This document shows positions 9,370 through 19,390 of a stretch of 37,943 nt of DNA, piece after piece (positions within the stretch are counted from its first letter, which is position 1; every line of letters begins with the position of its first letter). The DNA is from Promethearchaeota archaeon (GTDB lineage Archaea > Asgardarchaeota > Lokiarchaeia > Sigyniarchaeales > SOKP01), in the NCBI GenBank assembly GCA_048941285.1, contig JBHLNS010000034.1, positions 1 to 37,943 on the forward strand, given 5' to 3'. The notes beneath the pieces were generated by a model that saw only the letters and a list, made by a program, of their open reading frames with translations, ran no database searches and was not told the origin of the DNA. Position numbers and translations under genes: made by a program.

Positions 9370-10101
9370 TCATAATCCAGGGATCGCTGTTCGCTTGTAT
9401 AAAATATCTAAAAGTTTTGAGATAAAAGTAATTATAATTAAAAAAATAATACCCACAATAACATATGTAAGAATTATCGCAAATGTAGCAAAACTTATAA
9501 CATACGCTCGAGCAAAGAGGTCTAAAACTGCTATAAAATATACCGCAACGGTATATTTCGGAAGATATACTGCTTCATTTGACCAAGCAGGAATAGCACG
9601 ACGCAAAGCTTGTGGTAAAATCACACGCCTAATACCACCAAAACGAGACATCCCTAAAGATTGGGCTGCAATTAATTGCTCTGTTCCAATAGACATAATA
9701 GCCCCCCGAAGATATTCTGCTTGGTAAGCTGAACTATTAAGACCTAATGCGATAATAGCAATGAAAGTTCGATTGCTTATCAAACTGACAGAAGCCCGAG
9801 CTGTGATGTTAATACTTAGGCTCCACGGGATTTCTATTCCAATTGGAAGATTGTATAATAATAACAATTGTGCGAGCAAAGGTGTACCACGAATAATCTC
9901 GATATAACCCGTTGCAATACGCGAAAGAATTATTCCACCATACTGACGGAGAATCGCAAAAATAAGACCCAGGAAAAAACCTATTAAAAGTGCCCATAAG
10001 TATAACCACAATGTCATGATTAAACCTGAGAGAAGTAAATCCCAATTTTCCAAAATAGCTAGCAATTGTTCAAATATGTTCAGCTGGGTTTGAAATATCA
10101 T
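9370..10101 (-). CDS. Polar amino-acid ABC transporter permease (HisM/GlnP family)
   Basis: YIEIIRGTPLLAQL, SAYQAEYLRGAI and VILPQALR; SD AGGAGGT upstream. Confidence 0.92.
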   Translation of the reverse strand: MIFQTQLNIFEQLLAILENWDLLLSGLIMTLWLYLWALLIGFFLGLIFAILRQYGGIILSRIATGYIEIIRGTPLLAQLLLLYNLPIGIEIPWSLSINITARASVSLISNRTFIAIIALGLNSSAYQAEYLRGAIMSIGTEQLIAAQSLGMSRFGGIRRVILPQALRRAIPAWSNEAVYLPKYTVAVYFIAVLDLFARAYVISFATFAIILTYVIVGIIFLIIITFISKLLDILYKRTAIPGL

Positions 10102-10103
10102 TA

Positions 10104-10877
10104 TTATACCTCCTTCTTTGACATTTTTAAAAGTTCTTCATGACTTCCATACAACATTTCAAGCTGCTTGAGAAACGTTTTGACTCGTTCAGATTTGGGT
10201 GATTCAAAGAAATGTTTTGGGGTTCCACGTTCTATAATTATACCATCTCCAAGAAAAATCATTTCCGATGCTACAGCTCTAGCAAATCCCATCTCGTGAG
10301 TTACAACTACCATTGTTGTGCCTGATTTTGCAATCTGTAACATTACTTGAAGTACTTCACCAATCAATTCTGGATCTAATGCAGAAGTCGGTTCATCAAA
10401 CAAGATTACATCTGGTTCCATAGCCAAAGCACGCGCTATACCTACACGTTGCTGTTGACCACCTGATAATTCGGCAGGATAATGATCTGCCCATTTTGTC
10501 ATTTTCACACTTTTTAATGTCTCATAAGCTTTTTCTCGGGCTTCTTCCTTTGACAAACCTTTAACACGGTGTAGTCCAATACTGACATTATCTATTGCTT
10601 TAAGGTGGGCAAATAAATTAAAATGCTGGAAAACCATTCCAATTCTAGCTCGCATTGCATTAATATTGACATCTGGATCCATAATATTCTGTCCACGGAG
10701 GTATACTTCACCTTTTTCTGGAGGATTAAGCATATTAATGCACCGAAGTAGCGTACTTTTACCAGAGCCACTTGGTCCAAAAACAACTTTAACTTCCCCT
10801 TCATTTACATCAAAAGAAACACCTTTAAGAACCTCAAGATCCTCATATGATTTCCATAAATCAACAACTCTTAACAC
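10104..10877 (-). CDS. Polar amino-acid ABC transporter ATP-binding protein (GlnQ family)
   Basis: [29 protein letters not shown] and VTHEMGFA. The start may be an ATA at 10889 (see findings). Confidence 0.95.
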   Translation of the reverse strand: MLRVVDLWKSYEDLEVLKGVSFDVNEGEVKVVFGPSGSGKSTLLRCINMLNPPEKGEVYLRGQNIMDPDVNINAMRARIGMVFQHFNLFAHLKAIDNVSIGLHRVKGLSKEEAREKAYETLKSVKMTKWADHYPAELSGGQQQRVGIARALAMEPDVILFDEPTSALDPELIGEVLQVMLQIAKSGTTMVVVTHEMGFARAVASEMIFLGDGIIIERGTPKHFFESPKSERVKTFLKQLEMLYGSHEELLKMSKKEV

Positions 10878-10891
10878 AGGTAGACTTATGT

Positions 10892-11968
10892 TTAGCCACC
10901 TCCCATTCCTAATTTTTTTAGTTTTTTTGTTTGTCGTTCACCAATTAATTTTATAATAGGATAAGTAAAGAGAAAATAAATAATTGCAGCAACACCCAAT
11001 GATAAAGAAAAAAGCTCTTTATAACTTACAGATACGTAATAAGCTGCCCTAGTCATTTCGATGACTCCAACCTCATACGCAAAGGCTGTATCCTTGAGGA
11101 CCACTGCATATTCGTTAGACCAGCTCGGTATTGCTAGGCGTAATGCTTGGGGCATCAAAATATGTCGAAAAGCCTGAAATCTATTCATCCCTATTGTATA
11201 AGCAGCATCCATTTGTCCAGGGCTCACGGATAACATAGCACCACGGAAAATTTGAGATTGATAAGCTCCACTACGGAGTGCTAATGCAAAAACTATACTC
11301 TCAAGTGGTGGCAGAATAGTTCCGTATGCAAAGAGATAGATTAAAACCAGAAGTGGAACTCCCCGAAATAACTTCTCATAACCAGTTGCTAACCAACGAA
11401 GTTCTACACCACCATAAACTCGCATAATTGCTAAAATGATACCAATAAAAAATCCCCAAATTAACCCTAAAGCAGTGAGAACTAAAGTATTGGTTAATCC
11501 AACTATGATAATAAATAAAAAAATGTAAGGTGGGATTGAAATAAAAATAATTAATACAGCTAAAATAAGAGCAGATATGAAAAGAATTAGTTGAATTTTG
11601 ATATTAAAATCAAATGCTTCTCCCAATTTTTTTTTATAAAATTTAGCAATTACTAGAGAACCAATAAAAACATCAAGAACAATGTAAATTTCAATATAAA
11701 TGAAAATTCGTATTAGAAGAACTATATTATCAATAAAATAATAATTTAGCAAAAAATTAGTCACTATATTTACTAAAAACAAGATCAAATTTACTATAAA
11801 GGCTGGTTTGATTGATATATCCCACTCTTTCCTAAAATCTGTTTTCTTTTTCTTTGCACATCGTTTCATATAGAAAATTCCAATTACAAATGTGATAATT
11901 GAGGCAAAAATCCATTGGTTATTTTCTATAACTAAAGCGATATATTCTAAACTTATTTGAAAAAACAT
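10892..11968 (-). CDS. Polar amino-acid ABC transporter permease with an extra multi-TM insertion near the N-terminus
   Basis: The C-terminal ~200 aa carry [33 protein letters not shown] and LKDT. ATG at 11968 follows SD GGGTGA; the ORF track starts at GTG 11977. Confidence 0.88.
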   Translation of the reverse strand: MFFQISLEYIALVIENNQWIFASIITFVIGIFYMKRCAKKKKTDFRKEWDISIKPAFIVNLILFLVNIVTNFLLNYYFIDNIVLLIRIFIYIEIYIVLDVFIGSLVIAKFYKKKLGEAFDFNIKIQLILFISALILAVLIIFISIPPYIFLFIIIVGLTNTLVLTALGLIWGFFIGIILAIMRVYGGVELRWLATGYEKLFRGVPLLVLIYLFAYGTILPPLESIVFALALRSGAYQSQIFRGAMLSVSPGQMDAAYTIGMNRFQAFRHILMPQALRLAIPSWSNEYAVVLKDTAFAYEVGVIEMTRAAYYVSVSYKELFSLSLGVAAIIYFLFTYPIIKLIGERQTKKLKKLGMGGG

Positions 11969-12141
11969 GATTATCACCCACTAAGGAAATATATTTTTTA
12001 TTATTTGGGATATCTACAAGTTTATGATAAATTACTTATTTAATAGACTTTAAAATCAAATGAATTGATATAGAGATGTAAGCTTATTTTGAGCGAGAGA
12101 TGAATTTAAAAAAAAAAGTTTTATAAATTTTAAACTTTCAA

Positions 12142-12948
12142 TTATGTTGCTGTAATATTTAACCATTTTTCGACATTAGCATACATTCTTCCGTCTATAA
12201 AGCTGTCAAGAATAACGTTATTAATCTCATAAAGTAGTTCTGGTTCCCCGTATCTGGTCCATAATACAAATTCTTCAGTCCCAGTTTGAAGTATCATTTT
12301 GAGACCGTATGTTTTTGACCATACAAGAAAAACTGGTTCATCAATATATGCTGCTTCAACTCCTCCACCAATCAAATCTAGCATTAATGCATCAACCGTT
12401 ATATGTGTTGTGATAGTTGTGACTCCAGCAGCAACTAAATCGTCATAAAGTGTAGTACCGGCTTGTACACCTGTATCAGTACCGTCAAGATCCGATAAAC
12501 TTGAAATTGTAAGTGATGAAGAATTTTTTACGATAACAGCTTGACCTACTGTAATGTAGGTACTAGAAGCGGCAAGGTAAGTAGAGCGATTTACAGTATA
12601 TGTCATTGCTGCGGCCACCATATCAACCTTACCTGCGGCACATGCAGCAATTAATCCACCAAAATTTCTGTCACTCCATTGAATTGTGACACCAATTTCA
12701 TCCGCAATCCAACTACATAAATCCACGTCAAAACCTATAATTTCAGGTGGAATAGCAGAAGTGTTCACATACTCAAATGGCGCATAATCTGCACTTGTTC
12801 CTATAATAATATAACCTCTATTTTTAATAATCGATAATAAAGATGGACCTCGTCCACCCCCAATAAAAGGGGAAGGTATAAACCAGCCTCCTAGCAGCCC
12901 TACTGCTAGACAAACCACCATTCCAATTACGGCCATTTCTCTTTTCAT
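12142..12948 (-). CDS. Amino-acid ABC transporter substrate-binding protein (SBP family 3), N-terminally membrane anchored
   Basis: GTSADYAPFEY, GFDVDL, GKVDMVAAAMT and GVQAGTT; hydrophobic N-terminus; SD GAGGT upstream. Confidence 0.92.
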   Translation of the reverse strand: MKREMAVIGMVVCLAVGLLGGWFIPSPFIGGGRGPSLLSIIKNRGYIIIGTSADYAPFEYVNTSAIPPEIIGFDVDLCSWIADEIGVTIQWSDRNFGGLIAACAAGKVDMVAAAMTYTVNRSTYLAASSTYITVGQAVIVKNSSSLTISSLSDLDGTDTGVQAGTTLYDDLVAAGVTTITTHITVDALMLDLIGGGVEAAYIDEPVFLVWSKTYGLKMILQTGTEEFVLWTRYGEPELLYEINNVILDSFIDGRMYANVEKWLNITAT

Positions 12949-13281
12949 TCTTTATACCTCATATTTTTGAATTTTTTTTAATAATAATTACATAATTTGT
13001 TTTTGGATAAATTCTAATGAGATTTAAATTCTTAAGTAGATATATAAATATTTCTATTGGCAAGTTGAAAATATAAGTTTTTCTTCTTGATTTAAGATTT
13101 TAAATATTGATTTAATGAAAAATGAAAATATCAATTTTTAAAGCCGTAATCACTACATCTTAATTCTTTTATATTAATTAGTGAAGATAAAAAAAAAGAT
13201 TTAGAAAATATACAATATTAGAATTCATGTGGAAATTTTGATTTATCAAGGAGTTTGTAATAAAAAGATTAAAGGAATGTT

Positions 13282-15066
13282 ATGAATTTAGATGTTAAGA
13301 ATTATAAGAATTATAAAAAATGGTTCCTATCCCATCTATATAGGCAAAAATATTTAGTATTTTGCGTCATAATAGGGATAATTATTCTTACATTCACAAG
13401 AACTCTCATCCCAGTTGTAATTGGAGATATCATTGACAATTTACTAACAATTCAAGATGTGAATAATTTAATAATAATGGTTTCTATAGGTCTTTCACTT
13501 TATCTTTTTCGAAACGTTATGGATTATATTACCATGATGGCAGGACATTATCTTGGATTGAAAACAGAGCAAAATATGAGGAAAGAGTTTTTTGACACAA
13601 TACAATTAAAACCATTGAGATATTATGATAATGCTCGAACTGGAGATCTACAAGCTCTTGCAACTAATGATTTGCGTATTGTAAATACAATGGTCTCTCA
13701 TGGAAGTTTTTATATATATCCATTCTTTCAAGTAGTGATAACAGTATTTTTATTATTTAGCGTCCTTGATTTTAGACTAGCTTTAATTTCTATACCTTTT
13801 ATTATTTTATACGTTTATTCTATTTTATATTATCGAAAAAAAATTTCTCCATATGCATCTGCAAGGTTATTAAAACACTCAAACTTAGCTGTAGTCTTAC
13901 AAGATAGCATAACCGGTGCTGCTGTTGTTAGGTCTTTCATAGCTGAAAAAGTGGAACGAAAAAAGTTTAGTAAAGCAGTTTATGCGTTTAGAGATAATTG
14001 GATTGGAGAGACAAAAGTTCAATCTAAATATTATCCATTATTAATTTTATATTTCGTTATTGGAATTGTATTTTTAGTCAGTTGCATTTTTGTTTTCCAA
14101 AATACACTAAGTATTGGTGATCTAGCAGCAATAAATTTACTGTTATTAACACTTATCGATCCTACAAATACGATTTTCTGGGCAACAAATGATATGATGA
14201 GTGGTGTTGCAGCTTGTTCTCGCGTATTTAATGCTCTTTCCATAGAAGAGAGTGAACATATCATTGATAAAGTCAGTAATTGGCCTAAAAATCTCAAAGG
14301 AAGAATTGAATTAAAGGACGTTTCATTCGCCTATTTGAATGGAAATAATTCAAATTCTCCGATTCTTAAAAATATTTCTTTCGTAATTGAACCAAACCAA
14401 AGAGTTGCACTAGTGGGCCCTACAGGCTGTGGAAAAACAACTTTAATAAAGTTACTTTTGCGTCTTTATGAACCGCAGAAAGGAACAATATTAATAGATG
14501 GAATAGATATCCGAGAATATCCTCTTCAGATATTAAGAAAGCATATAGGATATATAGAACAAGATATTTATTTATTTTCACGCACAATTAATGAAAATAT
14601 TGCTTTTGGCAAGCAAAAAGCAACACAAAAAGAGATAATTAATGTTGCTAGTCTTGCTCAAGTTGATGAATTTGTACAAGAGTTTCCCGAAAAATATAAT
14701 ACTATCGTAGGAGAAAGAGGAACACGGCTCTCGGGAGGAGAAAAACAAAGAGTTGCTATTGCTCGAGCATTTTTAACAGATCCTGAAATCCTTATCTTTG
14801 ATGATTCTGTTTCAGCAATAGATAGTGAAACTGAAGAAAAAATAGGTATTGCTATGGAAAATGTTTTGAGAGATAGAACTACTATAATAATTACTCATCG
14901 TTTACACACAATAAGGACTTCAGATAAAATAATAGTTTTAAAGCATGGAAGTATTGTAGCTGAAGGTAGTCATAATGAACTACTAGTAAGTTCTGAGGAT
15001 TATCGACGTATTTTTGGTAAGCATCTAGTCTTACCAGAATTAAGAATTAAAAAAAAAAAAAATTAG
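13282..15066 (+). CDS. Heterodimeric ABC exporter subunit (TMD+NBD) with degenerate Walker B
   Basis: Six-TM domain, GPTGCGKTT, LSGGEKQR and IFDDS (Asp replaces the catalytic Glu), as in TM287-type subunits. Confidence 0.93.
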   Translation: MNLDVKNYKNYKKWFLSHLYRQKYLVFCVIIGIIILTFTRTLIPVVIGDIIDNLLTIQDVNNLIIMVSIGLSLYLFRNVMDYITMMAGHYLGLKTEQNMRKEFFDTIQLKPLRYYDNARTGDLQALATNDLRIVNTMVSHGSFYIYPFFQVVITVFLLFSVLDFRLALISIPFIILYVYSILYYRKKISPYASARLLKHSNLAVVLQDSITGAAVVRSFIAEKVERKKFSKAVYAFRDNWIGETKVQSKYYPLLILYFVIGIVFLVSCIFVFQNTLSIGDLAAINLLLLTLIDPTNTIFWATNDMMSGVAACSRVFNALSIEESEHIIDKVSNWPKNLKGRIELKDVSFAYLNGNNSNSPILKNISFVIEPNQRVALVGPTGCGKTTLIKLLLRLYEPQKGTILIDGIDIREYPLQILRKHIGYIEQDIYLFSRTINENIAFGKQKATQKEIINVASLAQVDEFVQEFPEKYNTIVGERGTRLSGGEKQRVAIARAFLTDPEILIFDDSVSAIDSETEEKIGIAMENVLRDRTTIIITHRLHTIRTSDKIIVLKHGSIVAEGSHNELLVSSEDYRRIFGKHLVLPELRIKKKKN

Positions 15067-15075
15067 AGTATTAAA

Positions 15076-16908
15076 ATGGGAATATATTCTGGAATATTTA
15101 GTGAGCAAACAATAAGAAAATATTCAGATCGTGAACTTTTTATTAGATATATAAAACGAGTTGCCCCGTTTAAAAAAAATATTATTCTAATTTCTTTATT
15201 TGTATTAGTATCAACTGTTGCTGAAATTATTAGTCCTCTATTAGTTGGATTTGTTATCGATGAATTAACTAGGATAAATCCAAATATGTTGTTAACATTT
15301 GTGGCGGGAATAGCTTATCTGATTTTATCAGTAATCATCTGGATAATGTTTTTCCTTCAAAGAAGAGAAATTGGTAAATTTGCACCTTTTTTTCTTGATA
15401 AACTCCGGATGGATATTTTTGATAAATTACAAGAACAAGACATGAGTTTTTTTGATAAACATGAAAGTGGTAGATTAAATTCAAGAGTCTCAAATGATGC
15501 ACTAGATTTTGGAAATACAACAATCTTAATAACTGATACAGTGGGTAGTTTTCTTATAAGCATCTTGACCTTTGGAATTCTTTTATGGTTAAACGTAACG
15601 CTGGCTTTAATTACTTTAGCTTCCATACCAATTATAATTATATTGATGTTTTCTTTGAGGAGATTAGCTCGTATTGTAAGTAGAGCTTATAGGAGATCAA
15701 TAGGGAATATCAATGCTGCAATGGTAGAATCAATTGAGGGGATACAAGTATGTAAAAGTTATGGACAAGAAGCTATAGTTTCTGAACAATTTGATCATGT
15801 AAATAAGGAATATTTTAAAACAGGATTTAAGTTAACAGGAACAACTCATATGTGGAGACCATTATTAGAAACTATAGCCGGAATCACATTAATTATAATA
15901 GTGTTTATTGGTAGCCAATTTGTATTCATTGGATATACTAATCCAGGAACGATCTTTATGTTTATCTTATATCTTCAAAGATTTTTCCGCCCAATCATGG
16001 TAGTTGCTCTTTTTTTCCCTCAATTAAGCGCTGGTATGGCAGCATATGAACGCATATTAGACATTCTTGATTCAGAGCCAAAAGTAAAACAAAATTCAAA
16101 AGCTTTTGAAATAAATAAATTGGAGGGAGATATTATCTTTGAGAATGTGGATTTCTCTTACAGAAATGGTGAATGGGTATTTAGAGATTTAAGCCTTAAT
16201 ATAAGAAGAGGAGAAAAACTTGCTATAGTAGGTCATACTGGAGCAGGAAAATCAAGTTTAGTGAATCTCTTATCCCGTTATTATGAATTCCAAGCAGGAT
16301 CTATTAAAATTGACGGGATTGATATTAGAGATATAAAATTGGATTCATATCGTAGAAATATCGGGATGGTTCACCAAGATGTATTTTTATTTTCAGGTAC
16401 AATAGAAGAAAACATCCGCTATGGAAGAAAAGATGCTTCAGAAGAAGATCTCTGGAAAGCCATTAGGACAGTACACGCTGAAGAATTAATAGAGTACTTA
16501 CCAGAAGGATTACAAACGCATATTGGGGAAAGAGGAAGAGGTCTCTCAGCTGGGCAAAGACAACTAATAAGTTTTGCTCGAGCGCTTTTAATGGATCCTA
16601 AAATTCTTATTCTAGACGAAGCAACTTCAAGTGTAGATGCATATACAGAAGCAATAATTCAAGAAGCTCTTGAAGTTTTATTATTTAATAGGACAGCAAT
16701 TGTAATCGCTCATAGATTATCAACTATTTTAAATGCAGATCGCATTATTGTAATGGAAAAAGGGAAAATTATTGAAGAAGGAACTCATGAATCTTTACTT
16801 GCAATGAGTGGTAAATATGGAAAACTCTATAAACAATATTTTGAACATCAAAGTTTGGATTGGTCTCCTGATCATATTATTTCCTCATCAAAAAGCGCTC
16901 AAAGATAG
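15076..16908 (+). CDS. Heterodimeric ABC exporter subunit (TMD+NBD) with consensus Walker B
   Basis: GHTGAGKSS, degenerate signature LSAGQRQ, ILDEATS and IAHRLST, as in TM288-type subunits. Confidence 0.93.
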   Translation: MGIYSGIFSEQTIRKYSDRELFIRYIKRVAPFKKNIILISLFVLVSTVAEIISPLLVGFVIDELTRINPNMLLTFVAGIAYLILSVIIWIMFFLQRREIGKFAPFFLDKLRMDIFDKLQEQDMSFFDKHESGRLNSRVSNDALDFGNTTILITDTVGSFLISILTFGILLWLNVTLALITLASIPIIIILMFSLRRLARIVSRAYRRSIGNINAAMVESIEGIQVCKSYGQEAIVSEQFDHVNKEYFKTGFKLTGTTHMWRPLLETIAGITLIIIVFIGSQFVFIGYTNPGTIFMFILYLQRFFRPIMVVALFFPQLSAGMAAYERILDILDSEPKVKQNSKAFEINKLEGDIIFENVDFSYRNGEWVFRDLSLNIRRGEKLAIVGHTGAGKSSLVNLLSRYYEFQAGSIKIDGIDIRDIKLDSYRRNIGMVHQDVFLFSGTIEENIRYGRKDASEEDLWKAIRTVHAEELIEYLPEGLQTHIGERGRGLSAGQRQLISFARALLMDPKILILDEATSSVDAYTEAIIQEALEVLLFNRTAIVIAHRLSTILNADRIIVMEKGKIIEEGTHESLLAMSGKYGKLYKQYFEHQSLDWSPDHIISSSKSAQR

Positions 16909-16985
16909 TTTTTTAAGTTAATTTTTCCATTTTTAGGTTAAATATTCCCAAATTTAAGAAAAATAAAAATGTAGTAGAAATTTTT

Positions 16986-17357
16986 TTATTTAATTTTTAG
17001 TACAATAGTAATTGCTCTTGTAAGACGGATGACATCCATTACTTTTCCTTTTTCAACAGTTATATGTTCCCTTGAGATTGCATGAGTAAAATCTCCTTTT
17101 CCCTTACAAATATTCATGAGAGCATCAGATTGTCCAGACAATACGATTATAGCATCTGACTTTATACCTTCAGTCAGTATAGCCTTACGATTTTTAATTT
17201 CTAAGAAAAAAGGATCTTCATTATTCAGTTTAAATTGAAAAGACATTTCCCAATCTACGTCTTTTCCTGCAATATTAGTTACAAAAACTTCTTGAGCTTT
17301 TGGAATCGTATTTAATTTTTGTATAATCTTGCTTAAGTTTTCTTTAGTCTTTCCCAT
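16986..17357 (-). CDS. SCP2 sterol/lipid-binding domain protein
   Basis: 123 aa with the pattern FQFKL..PFFLEIKNRKAILTEG..DAIIVLSG..DALMNICKGKGDFTHAISREHITVEKG; coupled to DUF35 by a TAATG overlap. Confidence 0.75.
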   Translation of the reverse strand: MGKTKENLSKIIQKLNTIPKAQEVFVTNIAGKDVDWEMSFQFKLNNEDPFFLEIKNRKAILTEGIKSDAIIVLSGQSDALMNICKGKGDFTHAISREHITVEKGKVMDVIRLTRAITIVLKIK

Positions 17358-17854
17358 TATTGTCTACCTCCTTCAAATTCAGGTTTTGATATCCAACTTT
17401 TATATTCATCCTCTGGAACAAAGAAGAAATCAGTCATTTTACCTTCTCTTTCTCTGTTAAATACTGCTCTAACCTTTTTACCCTTCTTTATTTTAGAAGG
17501 AACTAAATTCTCAGAGAATATTCCTTGAAGTAAAGCAGTTTCCGCATTATCAAGTTTTATAAATCCTATTCCATAAGGTATTGCTTTGATAAAAGCTGAA
17601 GTAGTATACCACACTATGGTGCTAACCTCTATTGTTCCAGTCTGTTTAAGTTCTACCCAATCTGCAGTAGTGTAACAATCAGAACAATTAATTCTTGGAG
17701 GCATCCATGTTTTACCACATTTGGTACATTTTGTACCCAATAACTTCTTATTCTTCATTAACTCAATAAAAAATTTGGATTGCCCTCCCATTGTATATTT
17801 ATAGTTGATCTTTATTATATCTCTTATTTGATGGTTCTGAAATTCTTCATTCAT
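17357..17854 (-). CDS. DUF35 family Zn-ribbon/OB-fold protein
   Basis: CTKCG..WMPPRINCSDC, IKLDNAET and KGKKVRAVF; ATGA overlap with the upstream thiolase. Confidence 0.92.
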   Translation of the reverse strand: MNEEFQNHQIRDIIKINYKYTMGGQSKFFIELMKNKKLLGTKCTKCGKTWMPPRINCSDCYTTADWVELKQTGTIEVSTIVWYTTSAFIKAIPYGIGFIKLDNAETALLQGIFSENLVPSKIKKGKKVRAVFNREREGKMTDFFFVPEDEYKSWISKPEFEGGRQ

Positions 17855-19107
17855 AATTTTTTTCGTCCCTCCTCATTTGTCATTACAATAACAGCCGCAT
17901 ATGCTGCTCCAGGCCCTCCGATTGAATGTGAAATTGCTCGACCTTTTTCTATTGTAACTTGATGATCTCCTGCTTCAACCCTTAATTGAAGAGCAGCTTC
18001 TCCTGTACTCATTATCCCCGTTGCACCTACTGCATGCCCACAACCTATTAATCCTCCAGAAGGACAACAGGGTAATTCTCCTTCTAACCATGGACCCTCA
18101 CCTTGCTTTTCAAATGAACTTTCAATCCATGGACCTCCTTCCCCAAAAGGAACAAAACCAAGTTCTTCATAACTAATAACTTCTTGTCCACTAAATGCAT
18201 CGTGTAACTCTGCTAAGTCTATTTGTGTTTTTATTTTATTATAGTCTAATCCTGCCATTTTATAAGCTGCTTTTGCCGCAAAAATGTTTGAGTATAAGCG
18301 CCCCATATCTTCTCTATTTCCTATAAAGCAATCGGTATTTGCAGCAGCTACACCAGTGATCCAAATTGGCTTTTCTACCTTTAATTCTTTTACTTTTTCC
18401 TCACTTGCTAGAATCAGCGCAGCAGATGCTTCAGAATATAAACAACAATCTAATAATTTGAAAGGGTAACAAATTATTCTCGAATTCATGACATCCTCAA
18501 CAGTTATCTTCATTGGAGATTGTGCTTTTGGATTTTTGATAGCATTTTCGTGGTTTTTAACGCTCACATAGGCCATTTGCTCTTCAGTGGGATTACCAAA
18601 TTCTTCATAATGCGCATTGACCATCGATACATATGAACTTGCTGCCATCATTCCCATGGGATATTCATAAGTCATATCAGCGGAATAAGCAATAGCATTT
18701 AAAACTTCTGGGGTCGTCACACCCGTTTGTTCGTCATAACAATCATTGCATTTTTCAAGACCTATACAGAGGCATAAATCAGATAATCCCGATGCAACTT
18801 CTGCATATGCCATTCGAACTGTATATCCACCAGTAGCTCCACCTGAGGCAATTCTAGTACCTGGTTTATTGTTCATACCTAGATATGAATTAGTAAAAAT
18901 ATCTGGCATAAATTGACGTTCAAAAAGTTCATTATATATCCCATAAACAGTTGATTGAAGATCTTTATGCGTGATTTCAGCCCCATTTTTATTGGCATCT
19001 TCTAGTGCTATTTTTGTAGCATCAAAAGCTAATTCAAAGTAAGTCCTATCAAGATACCTTGCTTTAAAGGGTGTTATCCCTATACCTATTATAGCAACTT
19101 TTCGCAT
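17851..19107 (-). CDS. SCP2-type thiolase-fold protein with the nucleophile Cys replaced by Gly
   Basis: RIASGGATGG at the usual xxCASG site, plus KNHENAIKNPKAQ, LLDCC, ELHDAF and GHAVGATG; SD AGGAG upstream. Confidence 0.9.
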   Translation of the reverse strand: MRKVAIIGIGITPFKARYLDRTYFELAFDATKIALEDANKNGAEITHKDLQSTVYGIYNELFERQFMPDIFTNSYLGMNNKPGTRIASGGATGGYTVRMAYAEVASGLSDLCLCIGLEKCNDCYDEQTGVTTPEVLNAIAYSADMTYEYPMGMMAASSYVSMVNAHYEEFGNPTEEQMAYVSVKNHENAIKNPKAQSPMKITVEDVMNSRIICYPFKLLDCCLYSEASAALILASEEKVKELKVEKPIWITGVAAANTDCFIGNREDMGRLYSNIFAAKAAYKMAGLDYNKIKTQIDLAELHDAFSGQEVISYEELGFVPFGEGGPWIESSFEKQGEGPWLEGELPCCPSGGLIGCGHAVGATGIMSTGEAALQLRVEAGDHQVTIEKGRAISHSIGGPGAAYAAVIVMTNEEGRKKL

Positions 19108-19390
19108 TATTTACTCCTTTATTAATTTTCTTTATTTTTTTTTTGATAATTATTAATTTGATTTTATTTTAATTAAATTTTAAAAAAATTTATACTAAAT
19201 ACATGATTGTATGTCAATATACCTATGATGGAAGCACTGATAACTGATGAGATTCCTAATATTTTTAAATTATTACAGTAAATAGCTCTGTTTAATATTG
19301 GTTTTTTATATGATAAAAACTAATAAAAAAATACTTGAATAAAATAGGTTTTTTGATAAGAAGTTTTAGAAACAATGAAGAATATTTAAT

